From NCBI GenBank assembly GCA_964649615.1, contig CAZYPW010000001.1, forward strand, positions 33,557-97,556: a DNA stretch of 64,000 nucleotides. Reading direction: 5' to 3'. Within the stretch, counting starts at the first letter, position 1, and each line of letters opens with the position of its first letter. The DNA is from an uncultured Gammaproteobacteria bacterium. Its GTDB lineage: Bacteria; Patescibacteriota; Microgenomatia; Daviesbacterales; UBA10151. Of this stretch, positions 63,905 to 64,000 are shown piece by piece. The notes under the pieces were generated by a model. The model had not been told where the DNA came from. It worked only from the letters and a program-made list of their open reading frames with translations, and searched no databases. The position numbers were made by a program, and so were the translations under genes.

Positions 63905-64000
63905 GCTCCCGTTTTCCTTATCTTAGAATCACTTTAATGGTTTTGAGTAGAACTTTGAAGATAGAGGCTTTAATTGATACAGGGTTTGACGGAGATGTTG
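63901..64000 (+). CDS. 3'-partial ORF with a retropepsin-like aspartic protease motif (LIDTGFDGD).
   Basis: VSSRFPYLRITLMVLSRTLKIEALIDTGFDGDV; it runs off the window end. Confidence 0.35.
   Translation, partial: MSSRFPYLRITLMVLSRTLKIEALIDTGFDGDV

Overview
This AT-rich (~35% GC), gene-dense window looks like a small-genome, Candidate-Phyla-Radiation-like bacterium. That is my inference from gene content, not a database hit. Housekeeping genes include smpB followed by a tmRNA, comFC, dnaG-rpoD, trxB, sodN-sodX (a nickel superoxide dismutase with its maturation protease), a NRAMP transporter, ftsB, and a phosphoketolase/acetate-CoA cluster. There are eight tRNA genes plus the tmRNA; four of the tRNAs are tRNA-Ser, and the tRNA-Asn is interrupted by a 196-nt group I intron. 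Three accessory regions stand out. First, a T4SS/Ced-like pilus locus (~0-16 kb) holds a VirB6/CedA-like polytopic membrane protein, five tandem VirB2/TrbC-like small pilin paralogs, a large secreted protein with a C-terminal pilin-like domain, and a coiled-coil SpoIID/LytB cell-wall hydrolase. Very large proteins of unknown function sit upstream, and an orphan VirB4/VirD4-clade ATPase lies 30 kb away. The pilin array is bracketed by a 75-nt inverted repeat that encodes identical signal peptides in two different genes, and it carries an AbiEii-type cassette flanked by 39-nt direct repeats. Second, a ~10.3-kb integrative element (28.7-39.0 kb) is inserted at the 3' end of the intron-containing tRNA-Asn. 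It carries a large serine recombinase, an Xis-like HTH protein, a RepA-like AAA_25 ATPase, iterons, and candidate defence cargo (a Schlafen/AlbA_2-HATPase protein and an XRE/YaaC-like/DUF4145 module). Third, a dispersed family of short GC-rich repeats is inserted in-frame into conserved genes (TlyA-like, SucC/SucD-like, a nucleotidyltransferase) and clusters around three small GIY-YIG nuclease genes. One member is identical over 18 nt to a segment of the group I intron. The window also holds at least six toxin-antitoxin modules. All calls come from reading the sequence and from motif recall; no searches were run.
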